Origin: Pseudomonadota bacterium | Lineage (GTDB): Bacteria > Bdellovibrionota > FAC87 > UBA2466 | DNA length: 64,000 nt | Assembly (NCBI GenBank): GCA_043767805.1 | Contig: JAYUGC010000014.1 | Span: forward strand, 1 to 64,000 | Reading direction: 5' to 3' | Part shown: positions 29,432-39,022 of the stretch, piece by piece | Position numbering within the stretch: position 1 is the stretch's first letter | How the letters are laid out: each line of letters starts with the position of its first letter | Program-made: the position numbers and the translations under genes | Notes under the pieces: generated by a model | What the model saw: only the letters and a program-made list of their open reading frames with translations | Databases searched by the model: none | Told to the model about the DNA's origin: nothing

Positions 29432-30064
29432 ATGAAACACATTTCATTTTTGATGGCACTTTTGGCTCTTCTGATGCTCGGCGGATGCCGGTTCGATCCC
29501 GATGGACTTCTTGGTAACGATCCGGCGGTGAAAGAAACCGAAGTACTAAGTTCCTACGACCGCGAAGAGCTCTGCAAGCAAAAGAACGTTGGCTTCGTAG
29601 TGGCGAAGGAGGTCGAGAAGTGCGTCTCTCCTTCCGACCCGGCCTTGATTGCGCGCTTCGATTCGTATGCACCAGATACGATCCGTATCGAGCTGGAAAA
29701 AATGTCGGACGGCACCTTTCCCAAGATTAACCGCCTTCAATACAAGAAAACGATTCCCTGGGCCTCCTCGATCCCTTCGGAAAAGCCTCGGGACTTAACC
29801 TGCAAAATCGTCGAGTCACCCAGCGCGGTCCGGAACTATGATTGCCGGCTGGAAGGTCTAACCAAAAATTCGCATGGAAATGACTTCATTTTCGATTCGA
29901 TGGAGCTCGGCCATGAGACCTGCGGCTCGACCGCGCTCTACAAGGCAAATTTCCTGTTCGATTTTTGCGAAAGTCAGGTCGATATGTCCTATACGCGCGT
30001 CGAGGTCTTCTTCAAGAGGGAGAAGCTTCCCGAGATCGATCCCTACGAAGCGCCTAAGCCCTGA
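29432..30064 (+). CDS. Lipoprotein, hypothetical
   Basis: Lipobox MLGGC; six further Cys. Confidence 0.7.
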   Translation: MKHISFLMALLALLMLGGCRFDPDGLLGNDPAVKETEVLSSYDREELCKQKNVGFVVAKEVEKCVSPSDPALIARFDSYAPDTIRIELEKMSDGTFPKINRLQYKKTIPWASSIPSEKPRDLTCKIVESPSAVRNYDCRLEGLTKNSHGNDFIFDSMELGHETCGSTALYKANFLFDFCESQVDMSYTRVEVFFKREKLPEIDPYEAPKP

Positions 30065-30072
30065 AATTAAGC

Positions 30073-30104
30073 AGGGCCGGCCCTCGCGAGAGGACCGGCC
30101 CTTT
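30073..30104. terminator. Intrinsic terminator between convergent genes
   Basis: AGGGCCGG...CCGGCCCT hairpin followed by a short T run. Confidence 0.65.
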
Positions 30105-30122
30105 AGATTGAGCTCGTTTGGC

Positions 30123-31226
30123 TTACTTAAGCTTCAGCTTGAGTTTCTTCTCGTTCGTGAGATCGCCCGAGTGGAACTTGCTGCCGGCGTAGCGAACCTT
30201 ATACGTGATGATTAGGTTCTTCTTGGCCGGAACGCCAGTGACCAGGTCCACGAAGCTGGTGACGCTGGAGTTTTTAGAGAGCGGCTTCTCGAAGCTGCCG
30301 AGATCGGTAACGGCATGGAACCAGCCGTTGTCGACGACGACCTTAACCGTCACGAACTTGTCTTCGACATTGGCGAGATCGGCGTCGAAGCCGGCGTCCG
30401 CGATGTTTACCGAGAGATTCGAGCCCGCGACCGAAGCCGTGAGGTTCAAGTCGTTGGTGGCGCGGACCTGCTTGCGGGTGCCCTGAAGCTCGATGACGGT
30501 GACGCCATTCTGCTCGGTTTTTCGCTGCGTGTACGCGTTGTAGTATGAGTTGACGTAGATCGTGTCGTCGACGCCGTCGAAAGAAATCGAGATGGATTCC
30601 TTTTCGTTGGCGAGAAGAGGAGCGTCCACGATGCGGACGTCGAACTGTCGGGTCTCGTTGTGGTGCAGCTGCTTCACCGGAACCGTGACCCAGCCCCAGA
30701 CCGTCTTGTAGCCGCACTGGCCTTCGGTGAGGTAACCGAGGTTCGTCATGTTCTCTTTCTTGAACGTGACCAAAACTTCGTAAGAGAAGCCGGTGTTGTA
30801 GCGATCGTCCGCGTCCTGGATGCGGCTCTTGAACTCGCTCCAAGAACGGGGCTTGTTCGAGAAGGTGCCGTCGTCGATGAGGCGCTTCGCCGTGGAGACT
30901 CCCACCCCTTTGATGGCGGCGGCGAGGCGAGAGGGCTTCTCGGCTTTCGGAACGTTGAAAAACTCTTTCCAATCCCCTTTCGTACCGTCGCCCTGTTGAT
31001 CGCCTTCGCAATCCCAGACCTGCTCGGCCACGAATTTCTTTTCCGTGGTAATGCGGTAAATGGACGAAGTGAGGCCGAACGCCTGACGGGCTTCTCCCTT
31101 GAGATCCTTACCGGTGCGCTCCAAATGTTTCGTGACCGTGGTGCCTTCGAAGCTTGCGCCTAGCGCGAGACTGGAGACGAACGCCGTCACCGCCGTAAAT
31201 CTGACTAACCAAGAAACGTTACGCAT
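30123..31226 (-). CDS. Secreted protein with helix-hairpin-helix motif
   Basis: GGAGG RBS, signal peptide, IKGVGVSTAKRL. Confidence 0.65.
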   Translation of the reverse strand: MRNVSWLVRFTAVTAFVSSLALGASFEGTTVTKHLERTGKDLKGEARQAFGLTSSIYRITTEKKFVAEQVWDCEGDQQGDGTKGDWKEFFNVPKAEKPSRLAAAIKGVGVSTAKRLIDDGTFSNKPRSWSEFKSRIQDADDRYNTGFSYEVLVTFKKENMTNLGYLTEGQCGYKTVWGWVTVPVKQLHHNETRQFDVRIVDAPLLANEKESISISFDGVDDTIYVNSYYNAYTQRKTEQNGVTVIELQGTRKQVRATNDLNLTASVAGSNLSVNIADAGFDADLANVEDKFVTVKVVVDNGWFHAVTDLGSFEKPLSKNSSVTSFVDLVTGVPAKKNLIITYKVRYAGSKFHSGDLTNEKKLKLKLK

Positions 31227-31340
31227 GAAATCCTCCGCGTGATGAAAACCAACTATTGGTGCGAGGAATATGCTCCGGCCTAAAATGACATGGCAAGGCG
31301 AATAGGTAAGAAGGTGATAACGGAGGGTAACTTTTGGAAC

Positions 31341-31378
31341 AAAAAAAAGAGGCGAGCCCCGAAGGTCCCGCCTCTTTC
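31341..31378 (-). terminator. Intrinsic terminator of the PPIase gene
   Basis: Minus strand AAAGAGGCGGGACC-TTCG-GGGCTCGCCTCTTTTTTTT. Confidence 0.8.
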
Positions 31379-31391
31379 TAAAGAAAACTAA

Positions 31392-31814
31392 CTATTCGCC
31401 CGGAAGTTTCAGCAGCTCGATCTCGAAGTGGATCTTCTTGCCAGCGAGGGGGTGATTGCCGTCGATGGTGACTTTCTCGCCCATGGCGGTCACCCGGAAC
31501 GGAATTTCCTCATCCATGGTCTTCATGACCACTTCGTCGCCCAGCTGAATGCCCGGCTCGACCTGATTCTTCTCGATTTGAAACACGAGGCTTTCGTCGC
31601 GCACGCCGTACCCGTTGTCGGGCTCCAGCGAAACGTCGCGCTTCTCGCCGACTTTCATTCCCACCATGGCTTTTTCCACGCCCGGAATGATGCTGCCGTC
31701 GCCCAGCTCGAACTCGAGCGGGTCGCCGTCGTACGTCGAGACGAAAATAGTCTTATCTTCCAGTCGGCCGACCAAGTGGACTTCCACCTTCGAGCCGTCG
31801 GTTACAGTCTTCAT
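31392..31814 (-). CDS. FKBP-type peptidyl-prolyl isomerase (SlyD/SlpA-like, no His tail)
   Basis: PLEFELG...IIPGVEKAMVGMKVGEK, IDGNHPLAGK. Confidence 0.92.
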   Translation of the reverse strand: MKTVTDGSKVEVHLVGRLEDKTIFVSTYDGDPLEFELGDGSIIPGVEKAMVGMKVGEKRDVSLEPDNGYGVRDESLVFQIEKNQVEPGIQLGDEVVMKTMDEEIPFRVTAMGEKVTIDGNHPLAGKKIHFEIELLKLPGE

Positions 31815-31874
31815 GGGTCCCCCTCCCGATTTGACTATGCCAAACTTAAATTTTGCCGAAAAACTTGTAAACTT

Positions 31875-32123
31875 TTAGGCCGGGCGCGCGAATCCCGGTT
31901 TATTGAGGCGCTCGCGGCTCAAGATCAGGCCGTGGGTCAGGTCGTAAGGCGACATGCCGATGGTGACCTTATCGCCGACGATGATGCTGATCCGAAATTT
32001 CCGAAGCCGTCCCGAAAGCTTGGCGAGCACTTCTTTGCCGTTGCCTAGCTTGATGGCGAAGAGCCCGCCCGACTTGATGTCGGACACTACACCGGGAAGC
32101 TGAATTAGATCCTCTCGGCTCAT
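31875..32123 (-). CDS. infA: Translation initiation factor IF-1 (divergent)
   Basis: MSREDLIQLPGVV...LSGRLRKFRISIIVGDKVTIGMSPYDLTHGLI; GAGGAG RBS. Confidence 0.92.
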   Translation of the reverse strand: MSREDLIQLPGVVSDIKSGGLFAIKLGNGKEVLAKLSGRLRKFRISIIVGDKVTIGMSPYDLTHGLILSRERLNKPGFARPA

Positions 32124-32229
32124 AGGCCTCTCCTCACCAAAAATAAAACCGGCCCACCGGAATAAGGTCCTCGGTAGACCGTACTTCTTTTCATTCGCAG
32201 AAAACGTCTTTGGAACCAAAAAAGACTCT

Positions 32230-32245
32230 AGCAGAAGGCATGCCA
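32230..32245 (-). promoter_or_regulatory. sigma-54 promoter upstream of infA
   Basis: Minus strand TGGCATGCCTTCTGCT (GG-N10-GC). Confidence 0.6.
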
Positions 32246-32302
32246 AAATGGGACCTAAAAACGCCACATTACGGGAAACCGGGGATAGGAGGAAGGGCGG
32301 CC

Positions 32303-33109
32303 TCAGGCAGCCTGGGAGGGGCTCTGGCCGGGGCGCTCGATCGATGAATCCGGGTAAAAAATCGCATTCGTATCGGGGGTTTCGGTCCGCATCCAGCGAT
32401 CCCAGAACGTGAAATAGAGGCCGTAGTTTCCGCGAAAGCGGGCGTGGTGGAGGCTGTGGTGGGTGGCATTGATGATCTGCCGCCCGAAGGAAGAGGTCTC
32501 AAATCGCCTCGGGTACATCTCATACCCCAAGTGATTGATGACCCCGAGGACGGTCATCCCCATGAGGAAAACGAGCAGAACGGCGAGGTGGGTCGGCACG
32601 AGCCAGACCAGCCCGGGGAGGACGATTGCCTGAATGAGGGCTTCCCACGGATGAAAAGAGAACGCGGCCCAAGGGGTGGGGTTGTGCGATTCGTGGTGAA
32701 CGAGATGCACGCGCCGAAATAGCGCCGGGTGATGGATCCAGCGGTGAGTCCAATAAAAATACGTTTCGTGAAGGAGCATTAGACACGGAAGACTCAAGAG
32801 GAGCCACGCCCAGCCGTACTCGTCCGGTTTCAAGTAGATCCGCAAATAACCTAAGTTCCAGGCGTGGAGAAGGACCGCGCCCGACACCGCGAAAATCGCG
32901 GAGGTCACGAGTGACCACCCGATCTCTTTTTGCATCCTTTCCTTCGGCGCGTTTTGCGCGCGCAGCTTTCTCGCCGAGGGAACCCCGCGCTTATAGAAGA
33001 GCCAGTAGAAGGCGCCCGCGAAGCAAAAATAGCGAGCCGTCAGGATGGTGAAAAGCACCATCGTGGTCTCCAGAAAGCCGGGCAGCTCGAATGGCAAAGG
33101 CGAAGGCAT
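32303..33109 (-). CDS. Sterol desaturase / fatty-acid hydroxylase family protein
   Basis: His boxes HRWIH, HLVHH, NHLG, HHSLHH; NYGLYFTFWDR. Confidence 0.9.
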   Translation of the reverse strand: MPSPLPFELPGFLETTMVLFTILTARYFCFAGAFYWLFYKRGVPSARKLRAQNAPKERMQKEIGWSLVTSAIFAVSGAVLLHAWNLGYLRIYLKPDEYGWAWLLLSLPCLMLLHETYFYWTHRWIHHPALFRRVHLVHHESHNPTPWAAFSFHPWEALIQAIVLPGLVWLVPTHLAVLLVFLMGMTVLGVINHLGYEMYPRRFETSSFGRQIINATHHSLHHARFRGNYGLYFTFWDRWMRTETPDTNAIFYPDSSIERPGQSPSQAA

Positions 33110-33166
33110 ACGTTTTACTTATCGGCATAAAAGCCCGGCGAGTGCAGCGGGGGCAACGCGAGGCGT

Positions 33167-34462
33167 CTATTTTGCGAGGTACCCTTTGAGCTGAACGTAG
33201 ACCCGGCTTCCCGCTTGAAAAGCCCCGAACTGACTGCGCGCCCCTCCGAGGAGCAAGTCGGTACCGAACATGAGCTCGAACTGCTGGGAGGTCGGAATGG
33301 TGTACTGCAAACGCGAAAGCGTACTGCCGTCGTGTATCGCCCAGCTCACAATCGCGTCCAAGCTTTGTTCGCGGTAAATCGGCGCTTTCACATTGGCCGA
33401 GAGGAGCTCGCGGTTTTTCGGTGTCGTGGAGGCCGCGTTCCAATGCGGAATGCCTTGGTAGGCGAACTGAATCGCCACGCGCCAGGGAAGCCAGCCCGTG
33501 TACTCCGCTTCGGAGGCGACGGTGACTTCGTCTCCCGTGTAAAAGGAGAGGCCCGTCGAATCGAACTTCTGAAACGCCTTGCCTTTCGTAAATAGGCTCT
33601 CCCAGCGCACCAGCCAGCTCGAATAATCCTTGGTGAAGGTGAGCCCGAGGGAGCCCACTCGACTATGGCTCGCGATGAGATCGAGCCCCGCCGGGCCGGG
33701 CGCGGAAGTGTAAACGGGCTGCCTGTCGAAATAAGTGAAGAAGAAGAAGCCGAGATCGTACCCCTGAAGTAGGGTCGTCATCCTTACGCCCACCTCTCCA
33801 TCCCCAATGGAGAATTTGCCTTGGGGATTATCGATGAGCCGGACAGGCGTGGTCGGGAAGAGATTTTTCCAGGGCGAAAAATCCCCGTCCACTCCCGGAA
33901 CGAGATTGAAGAACGGCTTCGGCGCGAAAAGAAATTGGATGGACGCGCCTTTGAGAAAAAACACCGTGTTCAGCATCGGCATCATGAGCCGCTGAGCGGT
34001 GAGATCTCTCAAGCCGAAGTCGCGCAGGTCTTTGGGATTGATTAGGTCGGCGTAATAAAAACCGAAGGCCTCGCCCCAGACCACTTGCTGATTGCCCAGT
34101 TTGACGAGGAGCCGCCGGGTTTTCGCCTGAAGATAAAAATCGCGGAGTCTCAGCTCCGCGGACTCGTCGTGACGGACTTGCGGGCCGTAGCGGTTGTCAT
34201 TGACGGCGAACGCCCCTTCGGCGTAAGCGCGAAGGCCAACCACCGCCATCCAGTCGGGATCGAACGTGAGTGTCTGCTCGGCATCGAGAATGTGGCGGTG
34301 AGAGGCGAGATCCCGCGGCGCTTTCGCGTGATAGGCAAGGCGTGACTCGGCCGTGATCTTGTAGCTCGTCGAAAAGCCCCATCTTGCCTGGGCCGAGGCC
34401 GAAGCCAGGGCGGCGGCGAGCGAGAGACTACGGCAGAGATTCTTTGTTGAAGAAGCTGTCAT
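33167..34462 (-). CDS. DUF1302-like outer-membrane beta-barrel protein
   Basis: LRDFYL...LGNQQVVWG...DLINP-x-D; beta-rich; follows a LolA-like gene. Confidence 0.65.
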   Translation of the reverse strand: MTASSTKNLCRSLSLAAALASASAQARWGFSTSYKITAESRLAYHAKAPRDLASHRHILDAEQTLTFDPDWMAVVGLRAYAEGAFAVNDNRYGPQVRHDESAELRLRDFYLQAKTRRLLVKLGNQQVVWGEAFGFYYADLINPKDLRDFGLRDLTAQRLMMPMLNTVFFLKGASIQFLFAPKPFFNLVPGVDGDFSPWKNLFPTTPVRLIDNPQGKFSIGDGEVGVRMTTLLQGYDLGFFFFTYFDRQPVYTSAPGPAGLDLIASHSRVGSLGLTFTKDYSSWLVRWESLFTKGKAFQKFDSTGLSFYTGDEVTVASEAEYTGWLPWRVAIQFAYQGIPHWNAASTTPKNRELLSANVKAPIYREQSLDAIVSWAIHDGSTLSRLQYTIPTSQQFELMFGTDLLLGGARSQFGAFQAGSRVYVQLKGYLAK

Positions 34463-35159
34463 CCAGCTTCTCCCGCTGGTAGTTGCTGTATCTGAGGTTG
34501 GAGCCCCGGCTCGTCTGCACTGCATCCTTGATCACCACGCGCGAGAGAATTTCCCGATCGAGCGCCTTCATGGGCATCGAGAACTCACCGGTCTTGAGAA
34601 GCTTGCCCGAGAGCGCGAAGAAGCCCGCGCGGAAAGGGCGATAGGTCGCCGGATCTACGAGCAGCTCGATGCGGCGGTAGGTGACATCGGGACGTTTCGC
34701 CGCGAGATTCAGTTTCAGGTAGCTCTTCCCGTCGACCGTCGCCATGCCTTTTTTCGAAGCTTTGTAGTCGACGTGGAAGCGGACGCGGGCGATGTCGCCG
34801 TTACTGACTTCGCCGGTCAAGCGCTGCTGAAAGCTCACGCGGGTCGGGCGCTTGATGCTGGGAAGATAGAGCCAAAGATCGTTGTCCCGCATGAGGAGCT
34901 TTCTGCCTTTTAAGCGCTCGGGCGCGGTGGTCTCGATGCGGGCCAGGTGATCGCCCTTGGCGAAAACCCGGTACTCGGTCTCGCGCACGACAGATTTGTC
35001 CTCCACGTCTTCGACGGTGACCGTGAAGGAGAAGTCGCCGCCCGGCGTGCGCATATCGTCCACCCGGCGGAGGATTTCATCCGCGTCCGGCCTCGCGGTG
35101 GGCGGTTTAGCGGCAAATGAAGTTGATGCGACGAGACAAAGCGCGAGAATCCATTTCAT
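34428..35159 (-). CDS. Outer-membrane lipoprotein-sorting protein (LolA-like)
   Basis: Signal peptide; KGRKLLM...LWLYLPS...QRLTGEVSNGDIAR; SGKLLKT. Confidence 0.85.
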   Translation of the reverse strand: MKWILALCLVASTSFAAKPPTARPDADEILRRVDDMRTPGGDFSFTVTVEDVEDKSVVRETEYRVFAKGDHLARIETTAPERLKGRKLLMRDNDLWLYLPSIKRPTRVSFQQRLTGEVSNGDIARVRFHVDYKASKKGMATVDGKSYLKLNLAAKRPDVTYRRIELLVDPATYRPFRAGFFALSGKLLKTGEFSMPMKALDREILSRVVIKDAVQTSRGSNLRYSNYQREKLDDSFFNKESLP

Positions 35160-35213
35160 CCAGATAGTTTAACCGTACCTTTACGGAGCGCTAACCGCGC
35201 TCCGTCATACGCT

Positions 35214-35810
35214 TTAGAACCACGCGGAGAGGGGCGGGAGGTCCGGCTTGTGGACCATGAGGAAGAAGATGATCAAGAGGGGTGCGAAGCCCAGGAAGTT
35301 GATGATCATCCGCCGCCACAGGAGCTTCTTCAGCTCCGCCGGTAAGACTTCGCTCCCTTTGGGCATCTCCGCGAAGAGGCGCTTCACCTTATGCTGATTG
35401 GGAATGTCCGCCACGATCCACACGAGCCCCGAGAGCAGGAAGAGGAGAAACGCCAGAGAAAGCCAGCCCATGCTCCAGACGCCTCCCAGAATAGTGCCAA
35501 GCATGATGCCCGACATCACCGAAAAGATGATGAGCGGCGCTGTGAAGACGGCGTCGAGCCAAAGTACGGTGCGGTAAGTGTGCTCGACGATAATCGGGTT
35601 ATCAGAGGTGAGACTTCTCAGCTCCCAGAGGGTGCCGATGACGGTGTTCGCAAAGAAAAGCGTCACGCACAAGATGTGAACGAACTTCACGTGCAAGTAG
35701 AGCTCGGGCCGCTCCAGCATGGACGTAAACGCGCGGGGGAAAAGAAGGCCGGCGAGCAGTAAGAACGCCATCAAACCGACATTAAAAATGAGAATCCGGC
35801 TCGTCTTCAT
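35214..35810 (-). CDS. DUF2269-family membrane protein
   Basis: KFVHIL...D-x-x-FTAP...LMVHKP. Confidence 0.75.
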   Translation of the reverse strand: MKTSRILIFNVGLMAFLLLAGLLFPRAFTSMLERPELYLHVKFVHILCVTLFFANTVIGTLWELRSLTSDNPIIVEHTYRTVLWLDAVFTAPLIIFSVMSGIMLGTILGGVWSMGWLSLAFLLFLLSGLVWIVADIPNQHKVKRLFAEMPKGSEVLPAELKKLLWRRMIINFLGFAPLLIIFFLMVHKPDLPPLSAWF

Positions 35811-36574
35811 CGGTTCAAGGCATCCACCAGATACGCGATATCGCCGCGGTGATAGTAAACCTTATCGGGGGCGCGGCTAAAGAACGGTCCCTTTACGCGG
35901 ACGTCTTTCAAGGCCGACCCTTCGATGGCGTGAAATCTCGCCGAGGTAAAACGGCTGTTGGTATTCACGAGATCGAAGGTTTTTCCTTCATTGAAGAAGG
36001 AGATGTCGTTGAAAGCGAGATAGTCGTCGGAAAGCCGAATCGTCGCCGTCATATCACTCAAGGGCTGATTGAGGGTAAAGCCCTCAAAGGCGATCTCGAG
36101 CTTGTCGCGGCCAAGCTCATACTTCAGCGGTACGAGCTTTCCGCACCCATAAATGAAAATCACCATCCGCTCGGCCATTTCACAGATTCGCCCGACGAGG
36201 CTCGGCTTTTCGTCCAAGGACACCAAGGGTGAGCCACTGAAAACGAGAATGCCTTTTCGGCCTTTCGGATCGGTCACGAAGGTATTTATCTCGCACCGGG
36301 CGCGGCGGATGTGAGCGAGCTCGGACTTCGGGTACTTGATGAGGTACAGGTTGTAGCTCACCCAAAACTCCGGAACGCAATCCTCGTCGGTAAAACGGAC
36401 TTTTTGGGGCATGAAGCCAGGGGGCAAGCACTCGCGAACGGCGTCCGCCTCCTCGGGAGAGAGCTTGAAGTTCACGAAGAGGGGATCGGTCGTCTCCAGG
36501 GCGAAAAACGTCTTGAGCCCCAGGCCGAGCTCCATGAACTTGAAGATGAGACGTTTCAAGAAAAACATCTTCAT
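35807..36574 (-). CDS. Hypothetical protein, possibly acetoacetate-decarboxylase-like fold
   Basis: Translationally coupled; LPPGF...RCEINTFV...G-x-x-G pattern. Confidence 0.5.
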   Translation of the reverse strand: MKMFFLKRLIFKFMELGLGLKTFFALETTDPLFVNFKLSPEEADAVRECLPPGFMPQKVRFTDEDCVPEFWVSYNLYLIKYPKSELAHIRRARCEINTFVTDPKGRKGILVFSGSPLVSLDEKPSLVGRICEMAERMVIFIYGCGKLVPLKYELGRDKLEIAFEGFTLNQPLSDMTATIRLSDDYLAFNDISFFNEGKTFDLVNTNSRFTSARFHAIEGSALKDVRVKGPFFSRAPDKVYYHRGDIAYLVDALNR

Positions 36575-37014
36575 CCCATCTTGAGGGCGAGCTTATATAG
36601 CCGGCCGAAGAGCGGAATCACCCCGATGGACTCCATGGGGTCGTAGTACTCGCGCTGGTAGATGACTTTTCCGTTCTCGACCTGGGCGTGCACGAGGCCA
36701 TGGATGGTCATCTCGAACCAGGTGAAACGGATCTTCAGGCTAATGGTCCATTTCCAGACGACGAGCTCCGGCGAGTCGACGAGGAGAGCGAAGTGAAACT
36801 TGTCGTTGGCGGCGCGCGGCACGTACTTCGCGAGCATCTTCAAGACTTCCGCCCGGCCATGCCTCTCGTGCACGGGGTCCACGTAATGGACGTCGTCGGC
36901 CAGCACTTCGCCCATCAACGCGACGTACTCGTCGAAACGGCGCGCGGGCAGAAGGACTTTGGAAACGTACTCGACCCGCTTGCCTACGGTATCGACATGG
37001 TGCGGAAAACTCAT
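36571..37014 (-). CDS. NTF2/SnoaL-like protein
   Basis: ADDVHYVDPV...GKVIYQREYYD. Confidence 0.85.
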   Translation of the reverse strand: MSFPHHVDTVGKRVEYVSKVLLPARRFDEYVALMGEVLADDVHYVDPVHERHGRAEVLKMLAKYVPRAANDKFHFALLVDSPELVVWKWTISLKIRFTWFEMTIHGLVHAQVENGKVIYQREYYDPMESIGVIPLFGRLYKLALKMG

Positions 37015-37023
37015 CCGCCCAAC

Positions 37024-38250
37024 TTAGACGACATTTCTCCGGAGGGCATCCGAGATTTCGAGCCGGGCGGCTCGCCAGGCGGAAATCAGGGCCGCGGCGG
37101 TCGCCGCGAAGAGGGACAGAGCCGTAGCGCCCAGGAAAGCGGCCAGAAAGAGGTCCACGTGCACGACGATGAAAGTCGTCGCCCCCGGCATGACGATCTT
37201 TATCCCCAAGGCGTTCAAGGTCGCGGCGAGGGCCGCGCCGAAGACGAGCCCAATCAGAGAGCCGAGAGCGCCCAGGATGAAGCCTTCCCGCAAGAATTGC
37301 CGGATGACGCTGCCTTGGGTTTCTCCCAAGGCGCGGATCGTTCCGATTTCGCCCGTGCGCTCGAAGACCGACATGCCGATGGTATTTGAGATCGCGCAAA
37401 GGGTGAGCACGCCGATGATGAGCGCGATGAGCAAGTTCTGCACGCGCAAGAAACCGGAAATCTGATTGTAGAGTTTCGCGACGTCGGTCCAGAGCTTCAG
37501 CTGCACGCCCGGATGTTCGGCCGCGAGCTTCGCCTGGAAGGCCCCGCCGATGGAGGCGGTAAGCGGGGTCGCGTGGAGGCCGACCAAGATTTGCTCGACG
37601 TCCGTGGTGTCTAGAAGCGCCTGGGTCGAGGACAGCGGCAAGTGAAACGTGAGATCGTCCACTTCGGCGATGCCCGTCTGGAAGAGCCCCGCCACTTCGA
37701 CGTCTTGGGCGTTGATGACGCCGTCAAACGTGTTGGCGATGAGGGTCAGAGAATCTCCGGTCTTTGCGCCGATGCGCTTCGCGAGTCCCTTCCCCAGAAT
37801 AACCTGGAAGGGGGCGTCGACGGTGAGGCCGTGGCCTTCGGTGAAAATCAGGCCGTCCTGGCGATCCTTTTCAAGCGCCGGATCGAAGCTGATGCCGCGC
37901 GCGCTCACCGACTGATCCTTCGTGCTCACCAAACCGTAGAAGGAGAGCCGTCCCGCCGCATATTTCACCCCGGGAGTTGCGTTCAAGTCCGCGAGGATTT
38001 TCGGATAATCCTTCAAGAGGCCTTCTTTCGGCTTCTTGACTTCGCTTTCCCAAAATTTCGCGTTGGCGATTTGGAGATGCGACGTCTGGGTGCGGATGGT
38101 CGTTTCTCTTAAAGAATCGACGAGGTTTCTGGTAAAGCCCTCAAAAATGAGAATGGAAGTGACGCCGGAGGCGATCATGAAGAGGTTCAGGGCCGTGCGC
38201 CGGCGGTTTCTGAAAATATTGCGGAACGCGAGACTCCAAAGCAACTTCAT
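37024..38250 (-). CDS. ABC transporter permease (LolC/E, FtsX family)
   Basis: LAFRNIFRNRRRT, MSVFERTGEIGTIRALG. Confidence 0.9.
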   Translation of the reverse strand: MKLLWSLAFRNIFRNRRRTALNLFMIASGVTSILIFEGFTRNLVDSLRETTIRTQTSHLQIANAKFWESEVKKPKEGLLKDYPKILADLNATPGVKYAAGRLSFYGLVSTKDQSVSARGISFDPALEKDRQDGLIFTEGHGLTVDAPFQVILGKGLAKRIGAKTGDSLTLIANTFDGVINAQDVEVAGLFQTGIAEVDDLTFHLPLSSTQALLDTTDVEQILVGLHATPLTASIGGAFQAKLAAEHPGVQLKLWTDVAKLYNQISGFLRVQNLLIALIIGVLTLCAISNTIGMSVFERTGEIGTIRALGETQGSVIRQFLREGFILGALGSLIGLVFGAALAATLNALGIKIVMPGATTFIVVHVDLFLAAFLGATALSLFAATAAALISAWRAARLEISDALRRNVV

Positions 38251-38969
38251 GCGGCCTGCCTTTCGAGAGCGGAGGTTACGGAGCCGTCACAGAGACGGAC
38301 GCCGTCGGTCGCGCGGGCGAGCACCAGGGGATCGTGGCTCGCGATGACGATGGTGAGGTTCTCGTGGGTGCGCAGGCCGTCTAAAAGCGTGAGAATCTCT
38401 TTGGTCGTCGCTTGGTCGAGGTTCGCGGTGGGCTCGTCGGCCAATATCACGCTCGGCTTTTTCACGAGCGCGCGCGCGATGGCGACTCGCTGGCGCTGTC
38501 CCCCGCTCATGTCGCCTGGCTTATGAGGCCCGAACTTTTCGAGGCCGACTTTGGTCAGCGCTTCCTGAGCGCGCGCCCGGCGTTCCGCGGCTCCCACACC
38601 CAAGAGAAGGAGCGGGTACTCCACGTTTTCCAGCGCGGTCAGCACCGGAAGCAAATTGAAAGTCTGAAAGATGAATCCGATGCGCTCGGCCCGAAGGCGG
38701 GCTTGGTCGCGCTGGTTGAGGGTGCCCAGCTCCTGACCGCCAATGAGCACGCGCCCCGAGGTGGGCCGATCGATGCCGCCCATCAGATTGAGCAGCGTAC
38801 TCTTGCCGCTGCCGGAGCTTCCGGCGAGCGCGTAGAAGGACCCCGTGGTCACCGAGAGTGACACGTTCTTCACAGCGGTCACGGTCATCTTGTTTAAACG
38901 GTACTCTCGGCAAACGCCCTCGACACTAATCGGAGTGTTGCCCGGAAACGGAAGAATTTTGGCAGTCAT
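38247..38969 (-). CDS. ABC transporter ATP-binding protein (LolD-like)
   Basis: GSSGSGKST, MSGGQRQRVAIARAL, ADEPTANLD. Confidence 0.92.
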   Translation of the reverse strand: MTAKILPFPGNTPISVEGVCREYRLNKMTVTAVKNVSLSVTTGSFYALAGSSGSGKSTLLNLMGGIDRPTSGRVLIGGQELGTLNQRDQARLRAERIGFIFQTFNLLPVLTALENVEYPLLLLGVGAAERRARAQEALTKVGLEKFGPHKPGDMSGGQRQRVAIARALVKKPSVILADEPTANLDQATTKEILTLLDGLRTHENLTIVIASHDPLVLARATDGVRLCDGSVTSALERQAA

Positions 38970-39022
38970 ACGCCTTACTTTTCGGCCGTTTGGCCGGAAA
39001 AGCTGAGGGAAAGAACGCTGTG

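Noticed and set aside
33119..33126. GCCGATAA sigma-28 -10 box before the desaturase gene
   Set aside because: No matching -35 element at 15-nt spacing and only 9 nt from the start codon; too weak to call
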